DNA of 64,000 bases. It comes from Deltaproteobacteria bacterium. Its GTDB lineage: Bacteria; Desulfobacterota_D; UBA1144; Nemesobacterales; CSP1-2. Where the stretch lies: NCBI GenBank assembly GCA_052390235.1, contig JBQTHB010000002.1, positions 416,001 to 480,000 of the forward strand, given 5' to 3'. A program made the translations under genes and the position numbers. Under the pieces are notes generated by a model, which did no database searches, had not been told where the DNA came from, and worked only from the letters and a program-made list of their open reading frames with translations. Shown one piece after another: positions 9,880-19,859 of the stretch; the stretch's first letter is position 1; each line of letters starts with the position of its first letter.

Positions 9880-11384
9880 GGATTCTGGACTCCGGGAAAT
9901 TTTATCAAAAAAACCGCCCCCTCTCCGGTGCCACTCCTCTCCACTCTAATCTCGCCGCCGAATAGCTTCACTATTCTCTGGCACACCGAAAGCCCAAGCC
10001 CGGTTCCTTTTCCCGGCTCTTTGGTGGTGAAAAAGGGGTCGAACACTCTATCCGCCGCATTGGGGGGGATGCCGTATCCGTTATCGGCGACGCGGATTTC
10101 CACGTCGCCCGCCTCTGTTCCCAGAGTTGATACGGAGATTTCGCCGTTTATCTCGGCTACGGCGTCTGTGGCGTTTAGGATTAAGTTTATCATGACCTGT
10201 GTGAGCTGATTGGGGTCAATATACACCTGCGGGATTGAGGCGTCGAGCTGTAAGCTCAGCCTGACGCGCTTGAGCGCGCCCTGGGCTGATAGAATTTCGA
10301 TTGAGCGGCGCACTGCGGCGTTAATGTCGGATTTGCGCGCTTGAAAATCTCTGGGGCGCGCGTAATCGAGGAGGGTGCGGATGATGAGGTCAATTCTGTC
10401 GGTTTCGCGCTGGATGTTGCCCAGGAACTCGTCCCGTTTCGATTCATCTGAAACGAATCCTCTTTTCAGCACCTCTACGTAGCCCCTTATGGCGCTGAGG
10501 GGATTGCCGATTTCGTGTCCCACGCCGGCGGCGAGTTTCCCGAGGGATGCGAGTTTCTCCGACTCGATGAGCTCTTTTCGGGCGCGCAGAATGACCTCGT
10601 TCGACTCCCTCAGGGCCTCGATGTTTTCCTTGAGTATCTGCTTGTTTGCTTCTATCTCCCCGTACATTTTTCTCAGCGCCGAGTGGAGCAGGTTGATTTC
10701 CTTGACGCCTCCGGGGTTTTCTTCCTCTGGGAATCTTCCGGCGGCAATCTGCTCAGTGGCGGCTATGAGCTTTTCTACCGGTTTTACGATTCTTCGCGAG
10801 AGGATATAGAAGCCGAAAACCGCAATTATAGCCAGATTTATGATTATCGAGGTCGCAATAAGCCTCTGGCTCAGAATCAGGTTCTCCTCGACGAACGAAA
10901 ACGGCAGATAGAGCAGAATAACCCCTCTTCCCCCCTCGCCGTCTGCCACGGACGAGGCGATTTTAAGCCCTCTGTAATACGAAAACGGAGGCGCGCTCAC
11001 TCCCTCGACCCGTATCGCCGTCCTGCCCGTTTTCATCACCTCTAGTATCATTGGGTCTGCGATATTTATTCTCACATCCTCTGAAACCGGCTCGACTTGA
11101 AAACCCCTTCTGTCCTTGTTGTAGGCGATGACCCCCCATACGCCCGACTTAAGTACGCCCCTGAGGAAATCGAGGCTCTCGTCTAGGTTTGCCCTGCGCG
11201 CGTGGACGACTTCAAACGACTTGATGACCGCCCGCGCCTCCTGCGCCTTGCCCCGGAGCGTCGCGCGTTCAGTGATTTTGAAGGCGATGATGCCGATAAT
11301 AAACATTGCCACGGCTGTAATAAACAGCAGGTTAAATAGAATCTCGGCTCTAAGCCCGACCTGGCGCATCATAAATATCCACAC
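9876..11384 (-). CDS. Membrane sensor histidine kinase (2 TM, HAMP, HisKA, HATPase)
   Basis: EKLASLGKLAAGVGHEIGNPL H-box, NLILNA, DNGYG, FDPFFTTK, GTGLGL; start may be ATG 11372. Confidence 0.92.
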   Translation of the reverse strand: MWIFMMRQVGLRAEILFNLLFITAVAMFIIGIIAFKITERATLRGKAQEARAVIKSFEVVHARRANLDESLDFLRGVLKSGVWGVIAYNKDRRGFQVEPVSEDVRINIADPMILEVMKTGRTAIRVEGVSAPPFSYYRGLKIASSVADGEGGRGVILLYLPFSFVEENLILSQRLIATSIIINLAIIAVFGFYILSRRIVKPVEKLIAATEQIAAGRFPEEENPGGVKEINLLHSALRKMYGEIEANKQILKENIEALRESNEVILRARKELIESEKLASLGKLAAGVGHEIGNPLSAIRGYVEVLKRGFVSDESKRDEFLGNIQRETDRIDLIIRTLLDYARPRDFQARKSDINAAVRRSIEILSAQGALKRVRLSLQLDASIPQVYIDPNQLTQVMINLILNATDAVAEINGEISVSTLGTEAGDVEIRVADNGYGIPPNAADRVFDPFFTTKEPGKGTGLGLSVCQRIVKLFGGEIRVERSGTGEGAVFLIKFPGVQNP

Positions 11385-11512
11385 TCATACATTGAATCCG
11401 GCATCATTTAATTCTAATACGGGTTTCCCTAAAAATCAGGTTATTCCCCGCTTTCGTCCTCCTTCGCGCCATTGACACCGCCCGTAGGGATGTATAATAA
11501 TCTGCGGCTCCA

Positions 11513-13933
11513 ATGAAATTCACTCTAAACTGGCTCAAACAGTACGTTCACGTTTCGATATCCCCGGAACAGCTCGCCGAGCGTCTCACAATGGCAGGGC
11601 TTGAGGTGGAATCCCTTAATTATAGCGGGCAGGGTCTGGACAGCGTCGTCATCGTCCGAATCCTAGGCATCAAACCCCACCTGAGCGCGTCGAAACTCGT
11701 GCTGTGCGACGTTTCCGACGGCGCAAGGGATTACAAAATCGTCTGCGGGGCTAAGAACATGAACCCCGGCGACCTAGTTGCCCTGGCTAAAATCGGGGCA
11801 ATCCTCCCCCCTACGGAGAAATTCCCGGACGGGGTGGAGATTAAATCCGCTAAGATTCGCGGCGAGGCGTCCGAGGGGATGCTCTGCGCCGAAAACGAAC
11901 TGGGCTTAAGCGAGGAGAGCGAGGGCATTATGATACTCCCTCCCTCAGCGCCGGTGGGAGCGAGCCTCAGGGATTATCTTGGGCTGGACGATGTGGGGTT
12001 CGAGGTCGGGGTTACGCCCAACCGCGCGGACTGTCTCAGCGTTGTCGGGATTGCGCGGGAAGCGGCGGCGATACTCGGCGAGTGCGTTAGTTACCCCGGC
12101 TTCGATGTCTCGGAAGATGCCGGCGGCTCGATAGGGGATTTCATAAAAGTTCGCGTAGAGGACGGCGGCGGCTGCCCGCGATACTCCTGCCGCGTGATAC
12201 TGGATGTGAAAATCGCGCCGTCTCCCGAATGGCTTAAGGCTCGCCTTGAGGGCAGCGGCATAAGGGCGATAAACAACGTCGTTGACATTACCAATTTCGT
12301 CCTGCTCGAGCTTGGTCAACCGCTTCACGCCTTTGACTACGACCGCATCGAGGGCAGAGAGATAATCGTCCGCTCGGCTGAGGACTGCGAGTTGGTTGAA
12401 ACTCTCGACGGCGCCAAGAGGAATTTATCACCGCGAGATGTCCTCATCTGCGACGGAGCAAAGCCGGTTGCTATTGCCGGAGTCATGGGAGCGGCAAATA
12501 CCGAAATCAGCAGTACAACCACGAATATCCTGCTGGAGAGCGCCTATTTTGACCCCTCCCGCGTGAGGGGAACGTCCAAGAGGCTGGGTCTGCGCTCGGA
12601 ATCATCCTATAGGTTTGAGCGCGGGGTTGACCCCAACGGAGTGGTCAAAGCCCTAAACAGGGCGGCGGAGCTTATAAGGGCGCTTGCCGGAGGGCGCGTG
12701 GCTGGGGGCGCGGCGGACGTATATCCCTCTGCTGTGTTGCCCCCTGAAGTCTCTGTCTCGCTCAAGAGGCTACGCTCGGTTCTAGGAGCGGACATCTCGC
12801 CCGAAAGGGTCGCGCAGATAGCGGCGGGGCTTGAATTTGAGCTAATCGAGGCCGGCGGCGCCGAATTTAAATTCCGCATCCCGACCTTTAGATTCGACAT
12901 AGCCAGAGAAATTGACCTAATAGAAGAGGTCGCAAGGCGCTACGGCTACGGCAACATCCCCAAGGCTCTGCCGTCGGTTCGGATGACGTCATCGGGGGCT
13001 AACAAAAGGGGCGCAGATGCGCTCGCTAGGGCTAAGGACACGCTTCTTGCCCTTGGGTTTTCGGAGGCTATAACCCTCAGTTTCGGCAACCCCAAGGTGT
13101 TTGACCTCTTCGATGCCCTGCCGAGTGTCGCCGTGCTAAATCCCATATCCGAAGAAGCCTCGGCTATGAGGCGCAGCCTCGTTCCGGGCGTAGTGGGCGT
13201 CGCCCTTGCAAATCTCAACCGCCAAGCCCAGGACGCGCGCATATTTGAAGCGGGCAGGGTCTATGCGCCAAGCTCCAAGGGGCGGCTCCCGGTAGAAACC
13301 CTGAAAATCGCGGGAGCGGCGGCGGGCAGGGCGGGAGCGCAGCTTTGGGAAAGGCGAGAGGCGGATTTCTTCCATATCAAAGGCGTGGTTGAGCGTCTCC
13401 TTGAGGTTTTTTCGTTGGGCGATAGAATCAGGTTTGAGAAAAATACCGCCGTCTCTTTTCTCCATCCCGGAAGGTCAGCCGCAATCGTCGCTGGAAACGC
13501 CGAGGTGTTAGGATTTGCGGGCGAGCTTAGCGCAGATTTGCAGGAGAAGCTCGGAGCGGCGAAAAAGCTATATATATTCGAGTTGGATTTAGATAAAATC
13601 TCGGCGTATTCCAAGCGGGCGATGAGAAAATTCACCCCTCTGCCCAAATTCCCCGCCGTAAAGAGGGACGTTGCCCTCATAGCGCCGGATGATTTGTCGG
13701 CGGCGGAGATTCTAAGAGAGATAAAAAAATCCGGCGCGGGATTAATTGAAGAGGCCGCCGTCTTTGATGTCTTCAGGGGCGGCTCCATCGAGGGCGGCAA
13801 AAAGAGCGTCGCCGTGTCGCTTGTCCTCAGAGCGGGCGATAAGACCCTTACCGAGGAGGAAATCAACGCCGCGCAGAACCGGATACTCGAATCCCTGCGA
13901 TTGTCCCTCGGAGCGGAATTGCGTAAAATATAG
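11513..13933 (+). CDS. pheT: Phenylalanine--tRNA ligase beta subunit
   Basis: LTMAGLEVE, CGAKN, SEGMLC, TPNRADCLS, GQPLHAFD, RFERGVD, EIDLIEEVAR, C-terminal FDX-ACB domain. Confidence 0.96.
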   Translation: MKFTLNWLKQYVHVSISPEQLAERLTMAGLEVESLNYSGQGLDSVVIVRILGIKPHLSASKLVLCDVSDGARDYKIVCGAKNMNPGDLVALAKIGAILPPTEKFPDGVEIKSAKIRGEASEGMLCAENELGLSEESEGIMILPPSAPVGASLRDYLGLDDVGFEVGVTPNRADCLSVVGIAREAAAILGECVSYPGFDVSEDAGGSIGDFIKVRVEDGGGCPRYSCRVILDVKIAPSPEWLKARLEGSGIRAINNVVDITNFVLLELGQPLHAFDYDRIEGREIIVRSAEDCELVETLDGAKRNLSPRDVLICDGAKPVAIAGVMGAANTEISSTTTNILLESAYFDPSRVRGTSKRLGLRSESSYRFERGVDPNGVVKALNRAAELIRALAGGRVAGGAADVYPSAVLPPEVSVSLKRLRSVLGADISPERVAQIAAGLEFELIEAGGAEFKFRIPTFRFDIAREIDLIEEVARRYGYGNIPKALPSVRMTSSGANKRGADALARAKDTLLALGFSEAITLSFGNPKVFDLFDALPSVAVLNPISEEASAMRRSLVPGVVGVALANLNRQAQDARIFEAGRVYAPSSKGRLPVETLKIAGAAAGRAGAQLWERREADFFHIKGVVERLLEVFSLGDRIRFEKNTAVSFLHPGRSAAIVAGNAEVLGFAGELSADLQEKLGAAKKLYIFELDLDKISAYSKRAMRKFTPLPKFPAVKRDVALIAPDDLSAAEILREIKKSGAGLIEEAAVFDVFRGGSIEGGKKSVAVSLVLRAGDKTLTEEEINAAQNRILESLRLSLGAELRKI

Positions 13934-13998
13934 GGCATATAGCAGGTGTGGTCGGGCTTGTCGGGGTTTGATAAATTTATTTGCGAGAGGTATTTGGC

Positions 13999-14286
13999 AT
14001 GACAAAAAAAGAGCTGGCTGAGGAAATCAATACTAAAATCGGGCTATCCAAAAGAGAGTCCTCGGAGATTATCGAGTTCTTCTTTGAACTGGTGAAAGAG
14101 AGAATTAACGGCAAAGAAGGCATAAAACTCCCGCGATTCGGCAGTTTCAGAATTCAAACCAGAAAATCCCGCAAGGGCAGAAACCCCGCCACCGGAGACA
14201 CCATCGAAATCTCCGAGCGCAAAGCCGTAGTATTTAAGCCGAGCCGATACCTGCGCGATGCCGTCAACAAAGAAGTATCCGAATGA
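13999..14286 (+). CDS. ihfA: Integration host factor alpha / HU-family DNA-binding protein
   Basis: MTKKEL, FGSF, RKGRNPATG, VVFKPS; classic position after pheT. Confidence 0.85.
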   Translation: MTKKELAEEINTKIGLSKRESSEIIEFFFELVKERINGKEGIKLPRFGSFRIQTRKSRKGRNPATGDTIEISERKAVVFKPSRYLRDAVNKEVSE

Positions 14287-14948
14287 GTCGCATCGGCGGC
14301 TCGATAAAACGCAATTTTATCGCGGGCATCCTCGTTACTGTTCCGTTCGCTATTACTATATACGCCCTCTATATCGTGTGTAACTGGGCGATAGCCATGC
14401 TGAGCCTCATCCCTGCGGGCTTTCTCGCGTCCCAGTTCTCGCAGCTCCCCTCGCCGCTATTTAAAATTCTCTCATTTGCCGTTGGGCTCTCGGCGACTCT
14501 CCTATTGCTGCTGCTCGCCGGTGCGCTTGCCAGAAATTACATCGGCGGGAAAATCGTGTCGTTCTCCGAGTGGGCGCTCTCGAAAATCCCTTTTGCAGGG
14601 GCGCTGTACCAGTCGGTCAAGCAGAGCTTCGCCGCAATTTTCGGCGACGGCATCAAGGGGCTCAAGCGCGTCGTGGCGTTTGAGTATCCGAGGCGGGGGG
14701 TGTATTCCATAGGATTTGTAACGGGGGTTTACGAGGATGCCCCCGAAGCCGGCGCAAAGCTCTTAGGGGTGTTTCTCCCCACGGCATTTAACCCAACGGG
14801 AGGGTTTTATCTACTCATCCCAGAGGATGAGGTTTGGGAACTGGACATGAGCGTTGAAGAGGCGTTTAGGATTATCGTATCAGGAGGGCTTGCCTCTGGA
14901 AAGGGTGAAAATCTCGGATTCCGTCCTGGGAACAATCAGAAAATATGA
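14283..14948 (+). CDS. DUF502 family membrane protein
   Basis: FIAGILVTVP, VAFEYPRRG, VFLPTAFNPTGGF, MSVEEAFRIIVSGG. Confidence 0.85.
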   Translation: MSRIGGSIKRNFIAGILVTVPFAITIYALYIVCNWAIAMLSLIPAGFLASQFSQLPSPLFKILSFAVGLSATLLLLLLAGALARNYIGGKIVSFSEWALSKIPFAGALYQSVKQSFAAIFGDGIKGLKRVVAFEYPRRGVYSIGFVTGVYEDAPEAGAKLLGVFLPTAFNPTGGFYLLIPEDEVWELDMSVEEAFRIIVSGGLASGKGENLGFRPGNNQKI

Positions 14949-16290
14949 TATGCTCGCCCCGGGAGATAGGCTCGTCGTCGGCGTTTCGGGCGGGGCTGAT
15001 TCGGTCTGTCTCCTCCACGCCCTCGCGGAACTGGCGGAGTGTAGCCTGAGCCTCGTCGTAGCGCATCTGCATCACGGCATCAGGGGCGATGAAGCCGAAA
15101 GAGACCTGCATTTTGTCGAGGCTTTGGCACAGGGGCTGAACCTCCCGTTTGAATCATCGAGGGTTGATGCGCCGAAGTTTAGCCGTGATTCGCATCTTTC
15201 CCTAGAAGATGCGGCGCGCTCTTTGCGATATGAATTCTTCCGGCGGATAGCCGATAAATGCGGCGCGCAAAAAATTGCCACTGCCCATACGCTTGACGAC
15301 CAAGCCGAAACCGTCCTCATGCGTCTCATCCGAGGGAGCGGCAGGGCAGGGCTATCCGGGATTGCCCCCGTGTCCGAAGACGGGCGAATCGTCAGACCCC
15401 TAATTAATACGCCCAAATCCGCCGCCATCAGATATTTGACCCGGCGCGGGATTTCCTGGGTCGAGGACTCTACCAACATATCCAGGGAGATTCTTAGAAA
15501 CCGCATCAGGCTCGACCTCCTCCCGCGTCTCAGGGAATATAACCCGAACGTCGTCGAAACCCTCGCTCGGACGGCGGAAATCCTCCGCGCTGAAGGCGAT
15601 TTCATCGAGAGCAGGGCTGGGAATTGGATTGAATACGCTATGCGCAGCGCGGACGAAGGCGAGCTTATTGGCTCGGTATCGCGGTATAAATTGATTCCAA
15701 AAGCGCTCAAATACTCGTTCCTCAGAGCGGCAATAGCGAAGGTCAAAGGCGACCTCAAGCAGATTTCATCCGTTCATCTAATCTCCGCCGACGAGCTTCT
15801 GATGTCGGCGTCTGCATCGGGGGAAATCTCGCTTCCCGCCAAAATTCACATCGCAAGGGGCTATGATTTATTTTCCATCGCCCGCAAAGGGGATGGCGAT
15901 GAGAAATTCCGCTATGAAATCCCCTCTCCTGGCAGGTGGATTTTCCCCGATGCGCAAATCGAGGTTGATTATGTCGAGAGCGCTCATTTCGGAGGCGAGC
16001 GGTACACGGCTCATTTCGATGCCCGCTGCGCGCAGTTCCCAATCGAGGTCAGCAACTTTAACGATGGGATGAGGTTTCATCCTCTGGGGATGCGCGGAGC
16101 CAAGAAGCTCAAGAGATTTTTTATTGATGAGAAAATACCCAGATTTGCGCGCCGCAGAGTCCCGATATTTCTCACAAAAGGGGAGGTCATCTGGGTAGGC
16201 GGGATGAGGGTTGATGAGAGATTTAAGGCAGAGCCCAATGGCAGGGCGCTTCGGATTACGCTAGCCAAGCCGAGGTGGATTTTTGATTAA
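14905..16290 (+). CDS. tilS: tRNA(Ile)-lysidine synthetase
   Basis: VGVSGGADSVCL PP-loop, AHTLDDQAET, RPL, RNRIR, C-terminal KKLKRFFIDEKIP; start uncertain (14854-14905). Confidence 0.93.
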   Translation: MKISDSVLGTIRKYDMLAPGDRLVVGVSGGADSVCLLHALAELAECSLSLVVAHLHHGIRGDEAERDLHFVEALAQGLNLPFESSRVDAPKFSRDSHLSLEDAARSLRYEFFRRIADKCGAQKIATAHTLDDQAETVLMRLIRGSGRAGLSGIAPVSEDGRIVRPLINTPKSAAIRYLTRRGISWVEDSTNISREILRNRIRLDLLPRLREYNPNVVETLARTAEILRAEGDFIESRAGNWIEYAMRSADEGELIGSVSRYKLIPKALKYSFLRAAIAKVKGDLKQISSVHLISADELLMSASASGEISLPAKIHIARGYDLFSIARKGDGDEKFRYEIPSPGRWIFPDAQIEVDYVESAHFGGERYTAHFDARCAQFPIEVSNFNDGMRFHPLGMRGAKKLKRFFIDEKIPRFARRRVPIFLTKGEVIWVGGMRVDERFKAEPNGRALRITLAKPRWIFD

Positions 16291-16385
16291 CTGGGCGGAG
16301 TTCAAGACAGTTCAGCGCTCCACGGTTGCCGCTCTCAGACTTTGCCCACTTATGACAGAGCCGCTCCAAATCCGAGCGGCAAATC

Positions 16386-17090
16386 CTAGTATGAGGGAAT
16401 CTCCTTGGAGAAGAGAGGCGGGAGTATCTCAAATTTCCCTCTGCCCTCTTTCACAAATTCGCACATTAGAAGCTCGGCTCTCGATTCGCGGCTCGGATGA
16501 ATGAATCTCGCTCTCGATGGCTGAAGACGTCTTTTGAGCGCCTCTGAAATCACCTCCGCAAAGCGCCATGCGGGGTAGATGCAAGCCCCTCTCCCACGGG
16601 ATTTGAGCAGATAGCGCATCGCCTCAAGCACGTCCCCCATTTCGCACAGGATTTCATGCCTCGATACCGCCCTTTCGGATTTCAGCTGTGCGTACCCCCC
16701 CCTCGATTCTAAATACGGGGGATTCGTGATGGCGGCGTCGAAGGATGCGGGCTTGAAGAGGGATTTGACGAGCCTTATATCGCCCTCGACGACACTAATT
16801 CTATCGCTGAAATTGTTTAGCTGGACGTTTCTTCGCGCGACCTCGGCGACGTCCGGCTGAATTTCTAGCCCCGTGATTTTCTCCACAACCCCGCTTTGAG
16901 CTATCGCCAAAGCGATAATCCCGCTCCCGGTTCCCATGTCTATCACGGAATCGCCCCTGTGGACTCGCGCAAATCCGGCTAGCCGAATCGCGTCTTCGGT
17001 GTATCGGTATCCCATACGCTTTTGAATTATCCGAAGCCCACGGAATCCGTCTAAAGTCTCATCGTCTTCGATTTCCATATCGAGATTCAT
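16386..17090 (-). CDS. tRNA1(Val) A37 N6-methyltransferase family (YfiC/TrmN6-like)
   Basis: DMGTGSGII SAM motif, NPPY, SRHE. Confidence 0.85.
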   Translation of the reverse strand: MNLDMEIEDDETLDGFRGLRIIQKRMGYRYTEDAIRLAGFARVHRGDSVIDMGTGSGIIALAIAQSGVVEKITGLEIQPDVAEVARRNVQLNNFSDRISVVEGDIRLVKSLFKPASFDAAITNPPYLESRGGYAQLKSERAVSRHEILCEMGDVLEAMRYLLKSRGRGACIYPAWRFAEVISEALKRRLQPSRARFIHPSRESRAELLMCEFVKEGRGKFEILPPLFSKEIPSY

Positions 17091-18049
17091 CTGATTTCGC
17101 CGAATGCCAGCGCCCCCGCGCCGATGATGCCGGCATCGTCTCCTAGCTCGGATTTTAGTATGGCAAGCCTCGCCACAGGGGCGGAAAGTCCCCTTCTCTT
17201 TACTACGGCTCTGGCATAGTCAATAAACAATTCTGAGGCGTTTGATAGCCCCCCGCCGATGATAGCCGCCTCGATATTGAGCAAATTGGCGATATTCGCG
17301 AGGGCAATTCCGAGGGCTTCGCCGACCTCTTGCCAAATCCAGAGCGCGGAGTTATCGCCTAGGCGCGCGGCTTGGGCGACGATTTCTGGGATTCTCTCGG
17401 CAGGGGCCCCAGCAAGGTACTCTCTTAAACTCGTGTTTAAACTGTGGTTTTCGATGATCTCTCCTGCCATGCGCCTTACGGCATTTGCCGAGGCGTAGCT
17501 CTCGAGGCATCCGAAATTCCCGCAGTTACACCTCGCCCCGTAGCGATGAATCGTGGTGTGTCCTATCTCTCCTGCCATGCCGTCCCTTCCGCGCCAAACC
17601 CTTCCGCCCAGAACCATCCCGCCGCCGACTCCCGTTCCAAGCGTTATCACAATAAGGGATGAAAAACCCGCGCCCGCGCCGAATTTCCACTCGCCGAGAG
17701 CGGCGGCTGTGGCGTCGTTTTCGATGAATATTGGGAATTCGCCTCCGAGTTCTCTCTCAAGAGCGGCTCTTAAGGGGTAGTTTTTCACCGAGGATATGTT
17801 TGGGGCTTGCGTCAGAATTCCACTTTGGGTGTCAATTATTCCAGGCACTCCCAAACCCGCCCCAACTATATCTACTCCGCCGCTTTTAAGAGCGGAAATC
17901 ACACTCTTGAGGTTGCCGATGACGGCCTCTATACCCGCGCCCGCTTCAGAGGGCAGGCTCAGGCGTTTTAGCATCTCGCCGGATTGGCTGATTAATCCGC
18001 CTCTGAGGTTTGTGCCGCCTACGTCAATTCCGATAGCGAGCTTTTGCAT
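17087..18049 (-). CDS. ROK family sugar kinase (glucokinase-like)
   Basis: GIDVGGT, ENDA, GTGVGGG, GEIGH, CNCGNFGCLESYAS. Confidence 0.92.
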   Translation of the reverse strand: MQKLAIGIDVGGTNLRGGLISQSGEMLKRLSLPSEAGAGIEAVIGNLKSVISALKSGGVDIVGAGLGVPGIIDTQSGILTQAPNISSVKNYPLRAALERELGGEFPIFIENDATAAALGEWKFGAGAGFSSLIVITLGTGVGGGMVLGGRVWRGRDGMAGEIGHTTIHRYGARCNCGNFGCLESYASANAVRRMAGEIIENHSLNTSLREYLAGAPAERIPEIVAQAARLGDNSALWIWQEVGEALGIALANIANLLNIEAAIIGGGLSNASELFIDYARAVVKRRGLSAPVARLAILKSELGDDAGIIGAGALAFGEIR

Positions 18050-18195
18050 TAGCCGAAATTATATAATGCGCGGGATACAGGATGCAAGAGGTTATAGAAC
18101 GTATAAACCGTTCGAGGCGGGGGCGCGCCTGAGGGAGTGGGAATTATCTATCGAACCGTTGCGGCGGCGAAATTCTGCTCCTAGAAGATTTCATA

Positions 18196-18246
18196 TTGAC
18201 AATTATCCGCTTTTACTCTAATATTAGGACGTACTGGTTGGTGCTA
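18196..18246 (+). promoter_or_regulatory. Putative sigma-70 promoter with adjacent imperfect palindrome (candidate TetR operator)
   Basis: TTGACA-N17-TAATAT (18196-18224), then TAGGAC-N10-GTGCTA (18225-18246) over the predicted start site. Confidence 0.5.
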
Positions 18247-18358
18247 AAATGAGTGGGGGGGATAAGCGCGGAGAGATTGGGTGGGGGGGATGAGAGTTGG
18301 GAAATCGCCGAAGATGCCGCCGAGCTTCTAACCATGCCAGCCTAGGAGAGTTGAGATA

Positions 18359-18940
18359 TTGTCAAAGAGCAGAGAAAAAATAATCGCCGCCGCCTCAGAG
18401 CTATTTCATAAACGGGGCTACCACCTGACCTCGCTCGACGAAATTCTATTGGCAAGCCAGGTGACAAAGAGCAATTTCTACTACCACTTCGCCGGCAAAG
18501 AAGAGCTTGCGCTTCTAGTTCTCGATGGCAGAATGAGGCAGTTTGAGACTGAGGTAATAGGAGAAAATTTACTGAATCCCGTCTTTTCCCCTGCCCAGAG
18601 GCTTCAGAAATTCTACGAGCGCGTAACGGCATTTCACCGAGGGCTTCGGTGCGAGGGAGGGTGTCCGTTCGGCAACATGGCGGTTGAAATGAGCGATGTC
18701 AGCGATAAATTCAGAACTCGCCTCAGCCTGTTTTTCGAGTCGTGGCAGGGGGCGATAAAATCCTGCCTCGAAGATGGAATCCATAGCGGGCAATTCCGCT
18801 CGGATTTAAGCTCCGACCTTGTCGCCGGGCTGATTCTCACCCAAATTGAGGGGGCGATTCTGATGGCTAAAACCCACAAGAGAATAGACCCGCTTCAAGA
18901 CGGAGCGCAGGCGATGCTCAAACTCTTGGCGGCGGCTTAG
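18359..18940 (+). CDS. TetR/AcrR family transcriptional regulator (NemR/LmrA-like)
   Basis: N-terminal HTH TKSNFYYHFAGKEEL; GCPFGN motif; SD AGGAG before TTG. Confidence 0.9.
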   Translation: MSKSREKIIAAASELFHKRGYHLTSLDEILLASQVTKSNFYYHFAGKEELALLVLDGRMRQFETEVIGENLLNPVFSPAQRLQKFYERVTAFHRGLRCEGGCPFGNMAVEMSDVSDKFRTRLSLFFESWQGAIKSCLEDGIHSGQFRSDLSSDLVAGLILTQIEGAILMAKTHKRIDPLQDGAQAMLKLLAAA

Positions 18941-18993
18941 GAAATATCGAAAATTAAAAATTATCTCATCACAAAACAAGGAGGAACAGACAC

Positions 18994-19710
18994 ATGGCTG
19001 ACTTTTTATTTAAATCCGACATATCCGAGGACATCGGCACGCTCAAAACGATAAACCCCGGACTCCACAAGGCGTGGATGGACTATCACGACAGCGTCTT
19101 TGCCGATGGCGCGCTCACGAGAAAGGAGAAAGAACTCATCGCCGTCGCCGGAGCGCACATTACGAGATGCCCCTACTGCATCAGAGGCAGGGTGAGAAGC
19201 TCCAAGCGGCTCGGCTCGACGGACGAGGAAATCGTAGAGGCGATTTACGTCGCAATGCGCTTTGCAATGGGCGCCCCCTATGCCTATTCAAGCATAGCGT
19301 TCGAGGCGCACGACGCTATTGAAAATAAAATTCCGCTCACTGAGGGGCATTTCTTTAAGAAGGACATCTCTCATGAAATTGGCCACTTCAAGGAGTCAAC
19401 AGGCGAGGCCATATCGAAGCCCTTTATGGATTTCCACAACGGCGTTTTTGCTGACGGCGCGCTCGACAAAAAAATGAAGCGCGGGCTCATCGGGCTTGCC
19501 TGCGCCCACATGACCAAATGTCCCTACTGCATCAGGGGGTGCGTGAAGGACGCCATGACGTTCGGCGTAACTGAGGCGCAGATGGCAGAAGCCATAAATG
19601 TGGCGATGGTGATGTCGGCGGGGGCTTGCTACGCGCACACGGGAATCGCTATGGATACCCTTAGCGGGATTAACGCTCAGGCTGAGGCAAAGAAGACGGC
19701 GGCTGGGTGA
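18994..19710 (+). CDS. Tandem two-domain carboxymuconolactone decarboxylase/AhpD-like protein
   Basis: Two repeats, each with VFADGAL...AHxTxCPYCIRG. Confidence 0.85.
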   Translation: MADFLFKSDISEDIGTLKTINPGLHKAWMDYHDSVFADGALTRKEKELIAVAGAHITRCPYCIRGRVRSSKRLGSTDEEIVEAIYVAMRFAMGAPYAYSSIAFEAHDAIENKIPLTEGHFFKKDISHEIGHFKESTGEAISKPFMDFHNGVFADGALDKKMKRGLIGLACAHMTKCPYCIRGCVKDAMTFGVTEAQMAEAINVAMVMSAGACYAHTGIAMDTLSGINAQAEAKKTAAG

Positions 19711-19859
19711 TTCCACTCGATGCAGGCTGAGAGAGAGCCGCATCTGCGCTCTCTCTCGTGTCATTTCGAGCCGGCGGCGAGCAATCTCACTCGGCCATCT
19801 CCTTACAACTCACATATAGGAGAGGCTCGCCGCCGGGGGGAGTCGCTGGCGCTATTTCT

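Noticed and set aside
13261..13938. Long antisense and alternate-frame ORFs (e.g. 13261-13938, 15072-15758, 24905-25696, 45721-46332)
   Set aside because: Shadows of well-supported genes in GC-rich DNA with no recognisable motifs
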